From assembly GCA_964651815.1 (NCBI GenBank), contig CAZYWG010000001.1:65189-129188 (forward strand): a DNA stretch of 64,000 bases. Reading direction: 5' to 3'. This document shows positions 27,541-37,629 of the stretch, one piece after another. This stretch comes from an uncultured Gammaproteobacteria bacterium. GTDB lineage: Bacteria > Patescibacteriota > Microgenomatia > Levybacterales > GWA1-39-11. The first letter of the stretch is position 1. Each line of letters opens with the position of its first letter. Both the position numbers and the translations under genes were made by a program. The notes below the pieces were generated by a model, which worked only from the letters and a program-made list of their open reading frames with translations, ran no database searches and was not told where the DNA came from.

Positions 27541-27982
27541 GATATTTGTTTTTACTTAAGGGCTTAAAAAAAGAAATACGAACCCTGCCCCATTAGAAAA
27601 CACAAATTAAGGCGGAGAATGACAATTTATCCCGCACCTCGAACCTGTATTTGATGAAATTTTCATTTCTTCTACCACATGTCTAAAAAGTGCGGGATTA
27701 ATTTTTTCCAGTCGCATCTTCAGTGTTGCCATGATAATAATCATCAAGTCTTTTAAGAGTTGAATAAATATCAAATTTTATTTCCTTCTTGTAGACAGCA
27801 GTCCCACCCTTTTTCCCGTAATATGCCCTCCTCTTATTTTTTCGTGCCATTATGATCTATCGTAACGCTTCTTATTCAAGGATATAAAAGATAGTTGTAA
27901 GAGATTGGTTAAAAACATTCTTTTAAATCCCCTGAATTTGTTGACAAGCACAAAAGCCTCAGGCTATGATTAAGTAAGACAT

Positions 27983-29359
27983 ATGACAGAAGCAGAACGT
28001 GCAATTGAAAAAATTGCAAATGCCCCGGCTGTGGCGATTACTCAAACAATTAATACTTCAAACAAAGTTGTCAAAAGAATTGAAGACATAAAACGAGTAA
28101 AACAAGTAAGAAATTATTGGTCTGCGCTTGGACCCGGCCTCACCACGGGTGCAGCAGATGATGACCCTTCAGGAATTGCAACGTATTCTCAAACCGGTGC
28201 TCAATATGGTTTTCAGCTTTTGTGGCTTGCGGCATTCACATTTCCACTTATGGCAATAGTCCAAGAAATGTGCGCGAGAATTGGTCTTGTTACGGGTCGA
28301 GGGCTAGCCGGAAATATTCGCCTTTATTATTCAAAAAAAATTCTTTACTGCTGCACGGCACTCCTTTTTATTGCTAACACTCTGAATATTGGCGCAGACC
28401 TTGGGGCTATGGCAAAGGCAATCCAACTTATTTTCCCGAGCTTTAACTTTGCATTATTAATACTTGGCATAACTGTGCTGACTCTATTCTTGCAAATTTA
28501 CATAAGTTATGAAAAATACGCCAGATACTTAAAATGGCTTGCGTTAATATTGCTGGCGTATATAGTTTCTGCTTTGAGTGTTAATCTAAACCTTCACGAA
28601 CTTGCGCTTCATGTCGTAATTCCTTCAATTACTTTTTCCAAAAATCAAATATTTTTAATTTGTGCAATTCTCGGAACAACAATTTCTCCTTACCTTTTCT
28701 TTTGGCAGACTTCGCAAGAAATCGAGGAAGAAATTCTGACAGGAAAAACTTCTATAGTTCTGCGTCAAGGAACAACGAAAAAAGAAATTAAAAAAATGCA
28801 GATTGATGTTTGGTCTGGTATGTTTTTTTCAAACGTAGTTATGTTTTTTATAATTGCTGCCTGCGCTGCAACACTTTTTGCACACGGCAAAACTAATATC
28901 ACAACGGCAGCTGATGCCGCATTGGCTTTAAAGCCTATTGCTGGACCTAATGCATTTTTACTTTTTGCACTTGGAATAATCGGGACTGGACTCCTGGCAA
29001 TTCCTGTTCTTGCAGGGTCGGCATCATACGCTTTTTCAGAGAGTTTCAACTGGAAACAAGGACTATATCATAAATTAAAACAAGCCCCGTCTTTTTATGG
29101 AATTATAATTTTTTCCACAGTTATAGGTTTTGCAATTAATTTTTTGGGTATAGACCCAATTAAAGCATTGCTTTATTCAGCAGCTGCCAACGCCTTTGTC
29201 GCGCCTGTTATTCTTGTTTTAATTATCGGGATCAGCAGTAGTAAAAAAATAATGGGCGAATGGTCCGTGGGAGGCATAAAACTAATTCTTGGATGGGTTA
29301 TTACTCTACTAATGCTTGTAGCAAGTGTTGCAACAGTTGTCTCCCTATTTTTACCATAA
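27983..29359 (+). CDS. NRAMP-family divalent metal transporter (MntH-like)
   Basis: 'LGPGLTTGAADDDPSGIATYSQTGAQYGFQLLW' plus about 11 TM helices. TTGACA-18-TATGAT upstream (27936-27965). Confidence 0.7.
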   Translation: MTEAERAIEKIANAPAVAITQTINTSNKVVKRIEDIKRVKQVRNYWSALGPGLTTGAADDDPSGIATYSQTGAQYGFQLLWLAAFTFPLMAIVQEMCARIGLVTGRGLAGNIRLYYSKKILYCCTALLFIANTLNIGADLGAMAKAIQLIFPSFNFALLILGITVLTLFLQIYISYEKYARYLKWLALILLAYIVSALSVNLNLHELALHVVIPSITFSKNQIFLICAILGTTISPYLFFWQTSQEIEEEILTGKTSIVLRQGTTKKEIKKMQIDVWSGMFFSNVVMFFIIAACAATLFAHGKTNITTAADAALALKPIAGPNAFLLFALGIIGTGLLAIPVLAGSASYAFSESFNWKQGLYHKLKQAPSFYGIIIFSTVIGFAINFLGIDPIKALLYSAAANAFVAPVILVLIIGISSSKKIMGEWSVGGIKLILGWVITLLMLVASVATVVSLFLP

Positions 29360-29636
29360 TAATTTAACTATGGATGAAAAAACTAGATGTCAATCATGCG
29401 GAATGGTGCTAGATATTGGGCTTTACGGAACAAATGCCGATGGCCGCGCAAATGAAACCTATTGTAAATATTGTTATGAAAATGGAAGTTTTCGCGAACC
29501 AAATTTAAAAATGATTGAAATGATTGCAAGATCAGCAGCACTTATGGTAGATGATAAAATGGATCCAGAAGAAGCCAAACAAATTGCAAACAAAATTATT
29601 CCACATCTTAAACGCTGGGAGCAAAAAAAACCTTAA
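29325..29636 (+). CDS. Zinc-ribbon domain protein (probable start at MDEKT, 29370)
   Basis: 'CQSCGMVL...YCKYCYENG' Cys4. Confidence 0.45.
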   Translation: MLQQLSPYFYHNNLTMDEKTRCQSCGMVLDIGLYGTNADGRANETYCKYCYENGSFREPNLKMIEMIARSAALMVDDKMDPEEAKQIANKIIPHLKRWEQKKP

Positions 29637-29701
29637 TTTTACGAAATCAAATCTTTAAGTTTTGATTTTTAGTTTTTGTTTTTTGATTTTTAAAATACCT
29701 A

Positions 29702-30427
29702 TTGTATTTTCAAAATATCTGTTATAATCAATCAAACTACATAATCAGACCCATGCCAAGAGCAAAAAAACCAACAAAAAAAACCGTCGATTCAAGAAAA
29801 ACTTCAACACCTGTTGTTTCAGATAATAGCTCTTCTCCCTCCCAACAGAAAATTCCGCTGAGTGGATTTTTGGCGGCAATAATTGTAGTGATTGTGATAT
29901 TACTCCTTGGATATTTTAGAAATCAATTCATTGTAGCAACAGTAAATGGCGAACCTATTACAAGAATTCAACTACTTTTAGACCTTGAGAAAAAACAAGG
30001 TAAAGCAGATCTTGATAATTTAGTAACTGAAAAACTAGTTATGCAAGAAGCGGCCAAAAGAAAAATAATCGTAACGGATTCGGATGTAAATAGCGAAATT
30101 AGTAAAATAGAAACTAATCTTAAATCTCAAGGCCAAAATCTGGATATGCTTTTGGCGCAACAAAACTTAACAAGAAGTGACTTAAAACAACAAATAAAAG
30201 TTCAGGTTATGCTAAAAAAGATGGTAAAGCCGGTAACTGTGAGTGAAAAGGAAATAAATGATTATCTTGATCAAAATAAAGCTAGCATTCCACAAGGTAC
30301 AGATCCGGCAACACTTACAAAACAAGTGGGACAACAAATTCAACAGCAAAAACAAGGGCAAGAGGTTCAAGCGCTTATTGCAGAACTTCAACAAAAAGCA
30401 AAAATAAATTATCTCCTAAAATTGTAG
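29702..30427 (+). CDS. SurA-N-terminal-domain chaperone-like secreted/membrane-anchored protein (start probably at MPRAKK, 29753)
   Basis: TM anchor 'GFLAAIIVVIVILLLG'. 'VATVNGEPITRIQL...' SurA_N-like. Q-rich C-terminus. Extended -10 TGtTATAAT at 29720-29728. Confidence 0.5.
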   Translation: MYFQNICYNQSNYIIRPMPRAKKPTKKTVDSRKTSTPVVSDNSSSPSQQKIPLSGFLAAIIVVIVILLLGYFRNQFIVATVNGEPITRIQLLLDLEKKQGKADLDNLVTEKLVMQEAAKRKIIVTDSDVNSEISKIETNLKSQGQNLDMLLAQQNLTRSDLKQQIKVQVMLKKMVKPVTVSEKEINDYLDQNKASIPQGTDPATLTKQVGQQIQQQKQGQEVQALIAELQQKAKINYLLKL

Positions 30428-30836
30428 CCTTCCGAATAAATTATAATCTAGGGATTTGTCCAACGGGTATCATTCTTCCATTCCCTGTAACTATTGGAGA
30501 TGCGGTATTTGTTTCACCGTTTTGTTGGTTATCTAAAGCTTTACTACCTTCCTTTATCCTTCTTTCTCGAATACTTTCCCTGTCAAGCTTTACAACATGT
30601 GCTTTTCTACCCAACGGCTTTAAATCTACCCTGCGTTGAGAAAGCCATAAATCCACTCTGCGCTGAGCAAAAGAAGTAGTCTCAAGCTTTGTGTAATTCG
30701 ATTTATCCGTTTCCTGTGACATTTATATATTCTAAGTTACCATGCTGAACCTTCGCTTGACCTTAAAATACTAAATTCCTGTCAAAAAGCTGACATTTCA
30801 TGACTCGTTTTTTGGTTTTGTATTAACAAACTCTAA

Positions 30837-32147
30837 ATGTTAAAATTTACCTCTATGAAGAGTAATGTTAGCGAAGCGCAATATCCGCCAAATTTCCGTG
30901 AGAAAGATGCAAAAGCACTTGGTGAGCAAATAAAAAATCGTCATTCTGTTGCGCTTATTGGAATGAAAAGAGTTGGAATAAGTAATTTTCTAAGATTTTT
31001 TTTGAATCATCCTAAAGTTAAGCAAAACTATTTAAACGATGACCAAAATCATCTGCTTGTAGCAATTGACTTAAATGATTTGGTAGAAAGAGAAATTTTT
31101 CCTTTTTGGGTTCTAATGCATAAGAGAATTCTCGATGCAGTTGAGGAAAATAAACTTCCTCAAAGCATTAAAAAGCAGATCGAAACTCTTTTTCTAACAA
31201 GTATCCAACTCCAGGATCATTTTATGACTTTTGATAATATAAGAAAAAGCCTGATGATTTTAATTGAGGAAGGATATCTCCCTACGCTTTTTTTTCTTAG
31301 ATACGACCGCCTTAAAGAAGCCGTAACAATTGAGTTTTTCAACAATCTACAGGGATTAATAGCAGCCACAAATCATAATATATCATACGTTTTCACGTCT
31401 GTAAGAGGACTTGATAGTCTTTCGCCAACGGTTTTTTCCAAATCTCAAGCTAATGCTTTTGTACACAATATATATATAAAACCAGCAACACACGCGGACT
31501 CTGAAACTATGTATTCAACAATTAATAAAAATTACAAATTGCGCCTTTCAGAGCCTTTAAAAAAAGAGCTTTTGAGAGCTGCAGACGGTTATGCTCAATA
31601 TCTTTTCTTTGCAATGATTTTTCTCCTTGAGTTAAAAGACAACTTACCCAAACCTAATGAGCTTTTTACTCTACTCTTAGAAGACGAACGCGTAGCACTT
31701 CAAACAGAAGAACTTTGGGAAAGTCTTACAGAACCGGAACAAGACGTTTTAATAAAACTACACACGGGTGCAAAAATTACTAAAACTGAAAAACAGGACG
31801 CCAACTATATTTTTAAAACAGGAATTGTTAACGACAAAGAAGGAATTTTCAGCCCCTTATTTTCAACATATGTACAGGAAAGAATGCATGAAAGAAAAAC
31901 CCAAAATAACAAGATAGAATTGACTCGCAAAGAACACCTTTTTTTGAATTTGTTAATCTCTCAAAAAGAGGAAGTATGTGAACGCGAACATATAATTCAA
32001 ACTGTATGGCCTGAAACTGAAATGCTTGGAGTATCTGATTGGGCTATAGACAGACTTGTAGCAAGGCTCAGGACAAAACTAAAATTGCAAAATTCAAAAT
32101 ATGAAATACAAACTGTTAAAACGCGCGGATATAAATTGGTAATTTAG
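30837..32147 (+). CDS. Regulator: degenerate P-loop (AAA_16/STAND-like) ATPase domain fused to a C-terminal OmpR/PhoB-type winged helix
   Basis: N-terminus 'VALIGMKRVGISNF' (Walker-A-like, Lys lost) and 'LLVAIDLNDL' (Walker-B-like). C-terminus 'QTVWPE...VSDWAIDRLVARLRTKL...TVKTRGYKLV' (trans_reg_C). Confidence 0.55.
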   Translation: MLKFTSMKSNVSEAQYPPNFREKDAKALGEQIKNRHSVALIGMKRVGISNFLRFFLNHPKVKQNYLNDDQNHLLVAIDLNDLVEREIFPFWVLMHKRILDAVEENKLPQSIKKQIETLFLTSIQLQDHFMTFDNIRKSLMILIEEGYLPTLFFLRYDRLKEAVTIEFFNNLQGLIAATNHNISYVFTSVRGLDSLSPTVFSKSQANAFVHNIYIKPATHADSETMYSTINKNYKLRLSEPLKKELLRAADGYAQYLFFAMIFLLELKDNLPKPNELFTLLLEDERVALQTEELWESLTEPEQDVLIKLHTGAKITKTEKQDANYIFKTGIVNDKEGIFSPLFSTYVQERMHERKTQNNKIELTRKEHLFLNLLISQKEEVCEREHIIQTVWPETEMLGVSDWAIDRLVARLRTKLKLQNSKYEIQTVKTRGYKLVI

Positions 32148-33913
32148 TAAATATCAAACGACTCAAGAAGTTTTTTGTTTCCTTCAATTTGATAGTGCAA
32201 AAGCTCAGCGTAAATTCCTCTCTTTGTTGAAAGTTCCTTAGGAGTCCCGTAGTTAGCTACTTGGCCATTATCAATTACAATTATGTGGTTAACATTTTGA
32301 ATGGTTGAAAATCGGTGAGCAATAATAATTACGAGCCTATCTTTCATAAGACGTTCAAGTGCATCTTGAACCTCCTTTTCACTTTTTGCGTCAAGTGATG
32401 AAGTCGCCTCGTCTAAAATCAAAATGGGTGCGTTTTTTAGAATTGCACGTGCTATTTGAATTCTTTGTTTTTGACCTCCGGAAAGCTTTACTCCTCGCTC
32501 GCCTATTTCGCTATCCATTCCATGTGGCAATTTCATTACAAAGTCATATGCGTTAGCAGATTTAAGTGCTGATACTACTTCTTTTTCAGTTGCGTTTTCT
32601 TTTCCATAAATAACATTTTCTTTGATGGTAGATGAAAAAAGTTCACTTTCTTGGAAAACAAGGGAAATATTATTTCTGACATCCCTTGGCGAAAGTTTTG
32701 AATAAGGTGTTTCTTTAAGAGATATCACTCCTTCTGTTGGTGCATAAAGTTTCATAATAAGATTTACTATTGTACTTTTTCCCGCCCCGCTGTGTCCTAC
32801 AAGTGCAACTTTCTCCTTAGAAGTAATTGAAAATGAAACTTTATTTAAAACCTGTTCAGACTCCTCATATTTAAATGAAACATTTTTAAATGTAATTTTA
32901 GGATTATTAATCATCACACTCTTAGATTTTTCCCTAAAGTTTTCAGCGGAAGGAATATGCAAAATTTCAAGATATTCGCGGCTGCCTTGTTCTGCCTGTT
33001 GGATTTGTGTCAAAATAAACGACATTGCAAAAAGCGGGATTCTTGCTTGGTTAAATAATTGAAGAATCAAAACCATTTCCCCAATTGTAAGTTTCCCAAT
33101 AAAGGTGTTGTAGAAAACCAAAATATTTACGGCAAAAAGCACTAGGATGAGCGAAAAATTGCGGGCAAAATCGAATTTGTGAAAAGTCCAACTTTGTTTT
33201 GCATAGATTTTATTTATTTTTGTAAGATTTTGTGAGACAAAATTATACTCCTTAATTTCATTTGTAAACCCTTTCACAAGACGGATATTGTTAATAACTT
33301 CATTAATACGCCCACGGGTCACATCTTCAATTTTATTTTTCTCTACTTCTGCCTTTCCCCATTTAACTGTGGACTGGTAAGAAATTACTAAATATATAGG
33401 AAATAGAATGAAGGTAAAAAATGCAATTGGAAGATTGTAATAGGCAAGGACTACAATAGTAAAAAGACTTTGAACAAAAGTCGGAAGGATGAAATTTGTT
33501 GAGCCATTCAAGAATTGATAAATGGTAAAAATCCCACGGTTCAACTGATTTATAATTTTACCCGAAACCTGGCTATCAAAATAACTTTGCGGAAGACTTA
33601 AAACTTTATCGTAAAATTTTTCAGTCAAAAACTGTCTTAACTCTCCCGCAAAATGATCCCCTAATCTATCTGAAATAACGTTTAGCGCCATCCCTGAAAA
33701 ATTTGCAATGAAAGCTATGATTACTAGAGTAATTAATCGTGTTACATTTCCAGGATGGCCTGTTATTCTTGCTGTTATTTCATCAACTATAAATTTTGAC
33801 AAAATTGGAGCAACCAGTTGCAATGCCGATGAAACCAGAATTAAAATTCCAACAATTATAACTAGCCCGTGCAGTGGCTTTGATATTTTGATTATTCTCC
33901 AGATGTTCTTCAT
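32144..33913 (-). CDS. ABC exporter, fused permease-ATPase (MsbA/type I exporter-like)
   Basis: 6 TM helices. 'GHSGAGKST', 'LSGGQKQRIQIARAIL', 'LILDEATSSLD'. Confidence 0.85.
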   Translation of the reverse strand: MKNIWRIIKISKPLHGLVIIVGILILVSSALQLVAPILSKFIVDEITARITGHPGNVTRLITLVIIAFIANFSGMALNVISDRLGDHFAGELRQFLTEKFYDKVLSLPQSYFDSQVSGKIINQLNRGIFTIYQFLNGSTNFILPTFVQSLFTIVVLAYYNLPIAFFTFILFPIYLVISYQSTVKWGKAEVEKNKIEDVTRGRINEVINNIRLVKGFTNEIKEYNFVSQNLTKINKIYAKQSWTFHKFDFARNFSLILVLFAVNILVFYNTFIGKLTIGEMVLILQLFNQARIPLFAMSFILTQIQQAEQGSREYLEILHIPSAENFREKSKSVMINNPKITFKNVSFKYEESEQVLNKVSFSITSKEKVALVGHSGAGKSTIVNLIMKLYAPTEGVISLKETPYSKLSPRDVRNNISLVFQESELFSSTIKENVIYGKENATEKEVVSALKSANAYDFVMKLPHGMDSEIGERGVKLSGGQKQRIQIARAILKNAPILILDEATSSLDAKSEKEVQDALERLMKDRLVIIIAHRFSTIQNVNHIIVIDNGQVANYGTPKELSTKRGIYAELLHYQIEGNKKLLESFDIY

Positions 33914-33937
33914 AAAAATATTGAACCTCTAATTTTA

Positions 33938-34285
33938 TCAAAAATTGATCGTATCTCCTAACTTTGTTTTTGACTTCTTAATAGACCCTTCCGGCAATTC
34001 CAAAACAGTATCAAACTTGGGGTTCCAGATAAAAATTTTACTGGGCGAAAGATCTTGATGAAAAGTAACAACCTGATTATTTTTATCAACAACCAAAACA
34101 TCAATTTTATTTTTCATGAGAAATGTGTGAATTCCAAATCTAGTTTTAAAAATTAGTCCCCCCGAATTTGCAACCAAAATCATCCCCAAAAATTTATCCG
34201 TTAGACTGCTGGCGATTTTTATATTTTGACAAACTACCGTATTTCTTGTTAGATTTTTAACCACCTGTCTATTATAGACTTTCAA
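33938..34285 (-). CDS. DUF192 domain protein
   Basis: 'FLMKNKIDVLVVDKNNQVV...VLELPEGS...LGDTI' matches the DUF192 signature. Confidence 0.65.
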   Translation of the reverse strand: MKVYNRQVVKNLTRNTVVCQNIKIASSLTDKFLGMILVANSGGLIFKTRFGIHTFLMKNKIDVLVVDKNNQVVTFHQDLSPSKIFIWNPKFDTVLELPEGSIKKSKTKLGDTINF

Positions 34286-34341
34286 ACAACCTTTAATCTA
34301 TAATAAATACCTGCCGCGTTTAAAACGGCAACCAATTACTC

Positions 34342-35103
34342 ATGTCAGACTATTATTCAGGAAAAAGAACAAACGGTCTATATTTTCCGGAATCAAAACT
34401 TCCATTCAGACTCAGCCGTTCGCGAATTGAGAACTTTATTAATTGTCCAAGATGTTTTTATATTGACAGGAGACTTGGAGTAGACAAACCTCCGGGTTTT
34501 CCGTTTTCTTTAAATTCAGCAGTTGATAAGCTTTTAAAAAAAGAGTTTGATATTCACCGTAAAGCTGCGACTACCCATCCTCTCATGAAACACTATGGCG
34601 TAGACGCCATCCCAATGGCACATGAATTGATTGATGATTGGCGCAACCCTTTTCAGGGGATTCGATTTTTACACGTTCCAACTAATTTATTAATTTTTGG
34701 GGGAATTGATGACGTTTGGCAGGATAAAAAAGGAGAATTAATTATAGTTGATTATAAAGCGACGTCAAAAGCTGATGAAGTAAACCTTGATGCTGCCTGG
34801 CAGGATAGCTATAAACGCCAAATGGAAATTTATCAATGGCTTTTTAGAAAAAACGGATTTGAGGTATCTGAAACTGGATATTTTGTTTATTGTAATGGAA
34901 ATACGGACCGCGAAGCATTTGATGGAAAACTTGAATTTGATGTAAAGATTATTCCATACAAAGGTGGCACTTCATGGATTGAAAAGACGCTTGTTGATAT
35001 CAAAAACTGTCTTGACGGAAATCTAATCCCACAAAGATCTGTCGAATGCGATTATTGTACTTATACAAAAACCATTGAGCAGATTGATCGTAAGGAGTCT
35101 TGA
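34342..35103 (+). CDS. PD-(D/E)xK nuclease, Cas4/RecB-like with Cys cluster (orphan; no CRISPR nearby)
   Basis: 'CPRCFY' N-terminal Cys pair. 'GGIDDV...LIIVDYKAT' (D..DxK). 'YKRQMEIYQWL' (QxxxY). C-terminal 'CDYCTY'. Confidence 0.6.
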   Translation: MSDYYSGKRTNGLYFPESKLPFRLSRSRIENFINCPRCFYIDRRLGVDKPPGFPFSLNSAVDKLLKKEFDIHRKAATTHPLMKHYGVDAIPMAHELIDDWRNPFQGIRFLHVPTNLLIFGGIDDVWQDKKGELIIVDYKATSKADEVNLDAAWQDSYKRQMEIYQWLFRKNGFEVSETGYFVYCNGNTDREAFDGKLEFDVKIIPYKGGTSWIEKTLVDIKNCLDGNLIPQRSVECDYCTYTKTIEQIDRKES

Positions 35104-35134
35104 CAATTACTTGTCTTTTAAAATAAGATAAATT

Positions 35135-35782
35135 ATGCCTAAAAAATTCATACTGTTTTTTGTCATATCCGCAATTGCCTTAATTTCTTTTATTTTTGTG
35201 CACAAAACTAGCGCAAATGTTTTACCTTTGGGAATGAGAAGCATGGCAAATATCGCAAATCCTCCTGGCGGACAAGTTGCAAGTGGAGGTGGAACGCTTT
35301 TACAAAGGTTTAGAGAACAAATTCAAACTATTAAAGATGAGAGAAAAAAGCTCCTCGTTGAAAAAATTGAAGATCATATAGCAACTTCAAATGCAAGACT
35401 TACTACCAAAATGAAAAATGCTTTATCAAGAATGTCAGCAATTCTTCAAGATATAAAAGTAAAAGCAGCAGGACAAAAAGCTGCCGGTAAAGATACAACA
35501 GCACTTGATAATGCGATCGCTGCAGCCGAAACAGCTATTGCAAATGCGCAAGCCGCCGTCAACACGCAGTCACAAAAAGAGTACACTACAACAATTTCGG
35601 ATGATACTGGTTTGAAAGGCGTGATAGGACAGATGGTATCTCAGTTTAAAATAGACCTAACTGCAACATATAAGACAGTGGTTGATGCAAGACAAGCCGT
35701 TGCAAATGTAATTATGGAACTTGCCAAACTGGGAGGAATTGGAAATACATTTAACGCGAGCAGTTCTGCTATAACTAAATAG
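35135..35782 (+). CDS. Secreted Ala-rich coiled-coil protein, unknown function
   Basis: Signal peptide/TM 'FILFFVISAIALISFIFV'. Ala/Lys-rich helical repeats. Confidence 0.45.
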   Translation: MPKKFILFFVISAIALISFIFVHKTSANVLPLGMRSMANIANPPGGQVASGGGTLLQRFREQIQTIKDERKKLLVEKIEDHIATSNARLTTKMKNALSRMSAILQDIKVKAAGQKAAGKDTTALDNAIAAAETAIANAQAAVNTQSQKEYTTTISDDTGLKGVIGQMVSQFKIDLTATYKTVVDARQAVANVIMELAKLGGIGNTFNASSSAITK

Positions 35783-35783
35783 T

Positions 35784-36221
35784 ATGGAACAAAAAACGGA
35801 AAATCAAAATCAAAATAATCAACCATCCTCACCGGCAGCTCAAGCTGGTGCTAATGCCGCGCCAGTAACTCCACCGCCAGCTTCCACTACTGCAAGCACG
35901 GCAGCACCCCAAACACCAAACGCCACACCGTCTAATCCTCCTCCCGAGGCGCCAACTCAGACAGGGGGCAAAAATAAAACGGTGATATTAATTATTGTAG
36001 TGGTAGTTATGGCGTTAATAGTTGGACTCCTTTATATGTTTGTAATTAAAATGAACAGCTCCACTCCCCCACCAAAACCAACCGCCACGGAAACTATTGT
36101 TCCTACTGTAACGTCTGTACCAACCCCAACGCAAGAGCCCGCACAAGAAATAAACAATCTTGATCTTGGAAATCCACAACAGGACCTTGATAACGTAAAT
36201 CAAGACGCGCAGCAGTTGTAA
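35784..36221 (+). CDS. Pro/Thr-rich single-pass membrane protein, unknown function
   Basis: One TM 'VILIIVVVVMALIVGLLYMFVI' flanked by P/T/A-rich low-complexity regions. Confidence 0.4.
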   Translation: MEQKTENQNQNNQPSSPAAQAGANAAPVTPPPASTTASTAAPQTPNATPSNPPPEAPTQTGGKNKTVILIIVVVVMALIVGLLYMFVIKMNSSTPPPKPTATETIVPTVTSVPTPTQEPAQEINNLDLGNPQQDLDNVNQDAQQL

Positions 36222-36257
36222 AAAATATTACTTATAACTCGGCAAACTGAAATTCTT

Positions 36258-36593
36258 ATGGGTATAATAGTTTCTCTTCTTGTTAATGCTGTAGCAGTAT
36301 TTGCCACAGGATATATTTTGCCAGGAGTCCACATCAATAATTTTGTCACTGCTATAATTGTCGCAATAGTTCTTGGCATTCTTAATACTTTCATCAAACC
36401 TATTTTAATAATTTTAACGTTGCCGATTAATATTATTACTTTTTGGCTTTTTACTTTTGTTATAAACGCGGTTTTAGTATTAATTGCTAGTTCTATTGTA
36501 CCGGGATTCAAAGTAGACGGCTTCTTCTGGGCTCTTGCTTTTAGCCTTGTCTTGTCTCTTGTTTCTTCTTTCTTAAATACTCTTGTTAAATAA
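36258..36593 (+). CDS. DUF360 / phage-holin-4_2 (YvlD-like) family 4-TM membrane protein
   Basis: 'IVSLLVNAVAVFATGYILPGVHINNFVTAIIVAIVLGILNTFIKPIL' is a typical DUF360 pattern. Confidence 0.6.
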   Translation: MGIIVSLLVNAVAVFATGYILPGVHINNFVTAIIVAIVLGILNTFIKPILIILTLPINIITFWLFTFVINAVLVLIASSIVPGFKVDGFFWALAFSLVLSLVSSFLNTLVK

Positions 36594-36623
36594 CTTTAAG
36601 ATTTGTTTTAAATTACTCAAAAT

Positions 36624-37625
36624 TTAATAAGCCGGGTTTTTAGGCGTGCCTGCAAGGTATCCGAGGATATTATCCGATGTCGTGTTTAATATCCTCTCAA
36701 GTGCCTCACGACTATTAAAAGCATTGTGAGGAGTTATTACCACATTTGGATTACTAAGCAGCATATGATCTTCAATAACCGTTTTAAGATCCTCATTTGG
36801 CATATCTTTGTGTAGAAGTTCATGTTCTTCCCTAATCATTGATTCTCCCTCAAGAACATCAAGCCCGGCCGCCGCAATTTTCCCACTTTGTAAGTTTTGA
36901 ACTAGTGCATTAGTATCAATGATTGCGCCACGGGCAGTGTTAATTACTATCACACCATTTTTCATTTTAGAAAAAGCATCAACATTTAAGAGATGGTGGG
37001 TCTCTGGATTGTATGGAACATGAATTGTAATTATATCTGACTGACTTAACAATTCGTCCATTGAGACAAACCTAAAACCAAGATCAGTTGCAAGTTTTAG
37101 GTCCGGTGTTCTTTTATATGCTACAACTTCCATTCCTACTCCTTTTGCAATCCGAATTGCGTGAATTCCAATATTCCCTACCCCAACAACTCCCAAAGTC
37201 TTACCAAAAAGATCAAAACCTGTTAGACCAATCGGAGAAAAATTCCCGGTTTTAACTCTCTCAACCGATTCAACCAACCTTCGTGATATAGCAAAAATGA
37301 GTGCGAATGCATGCTCCGCAACCGTATTTTCACCATATGTTGGGACAGTTGAAATAACAATATTTCGCTTCTTACATTCTTCAATATCTATATGATCAAA
37401 TCCAGTTGACATTGTAGCAATGAATTTTAAATTAGGCATCTGGTCTAAAATTTCTTTTGAAATATTTGAATAGATAAAAATTACGATCCCTTCCGAGTCT
37501 TTTGCATCTGCAACATTGTGAACGCTTAAAATTTCTGTACTGAAAGAAAGTTCCAATGTATTCTCAAACTTCTTTTTCAAAAAATCTTTCTCCCAGTCCT
37601 GTAATTCAAAGCAAGAAATCTTCAT
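36624..37625 (-). CDS. D-isomer-specific 2-hydroxyacid dehydrogenase (D-lactate / phosphoglycerate dehydrogenase family)
   Basis: 'GVVGVGNIGIHAIRIAKGVGMEVVAY' Rossmann. Catalytic 'R...E...H' pattern ('TARGAIID', 'HNAF'). Confidence 0.8.
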   Translation of the reverse strand: MKISCFELQDWEKDFLKKKFENTLELSFSTEILSVHNVADAKDSEGIVIFIYSNISKEILDQMPNLKFIATMSTGFDHIDIEECKKRNIVISTVPTYGENTVAEHAFALIFAISRRLVESVERVKTGNFSPIGLTGFDLFGKTLGVVGVGNIGIHAIRIAKGVGMEVVAYKRTPDLKLATDLGFRFVSMDELLSQSDIITIHVPYNPETHHLLNVDAFSKMKNGVIVINTARGAIIDTNALVQNLQSGKIAAAGLDVLEGESMIREEHELLHKDMPNEDLKTVIEDHMLLSNPNVVITPHNAFNSREALERILNTTSDNILGYLAGTPKNPAY

Positions 37626-37629
37626 ATAT

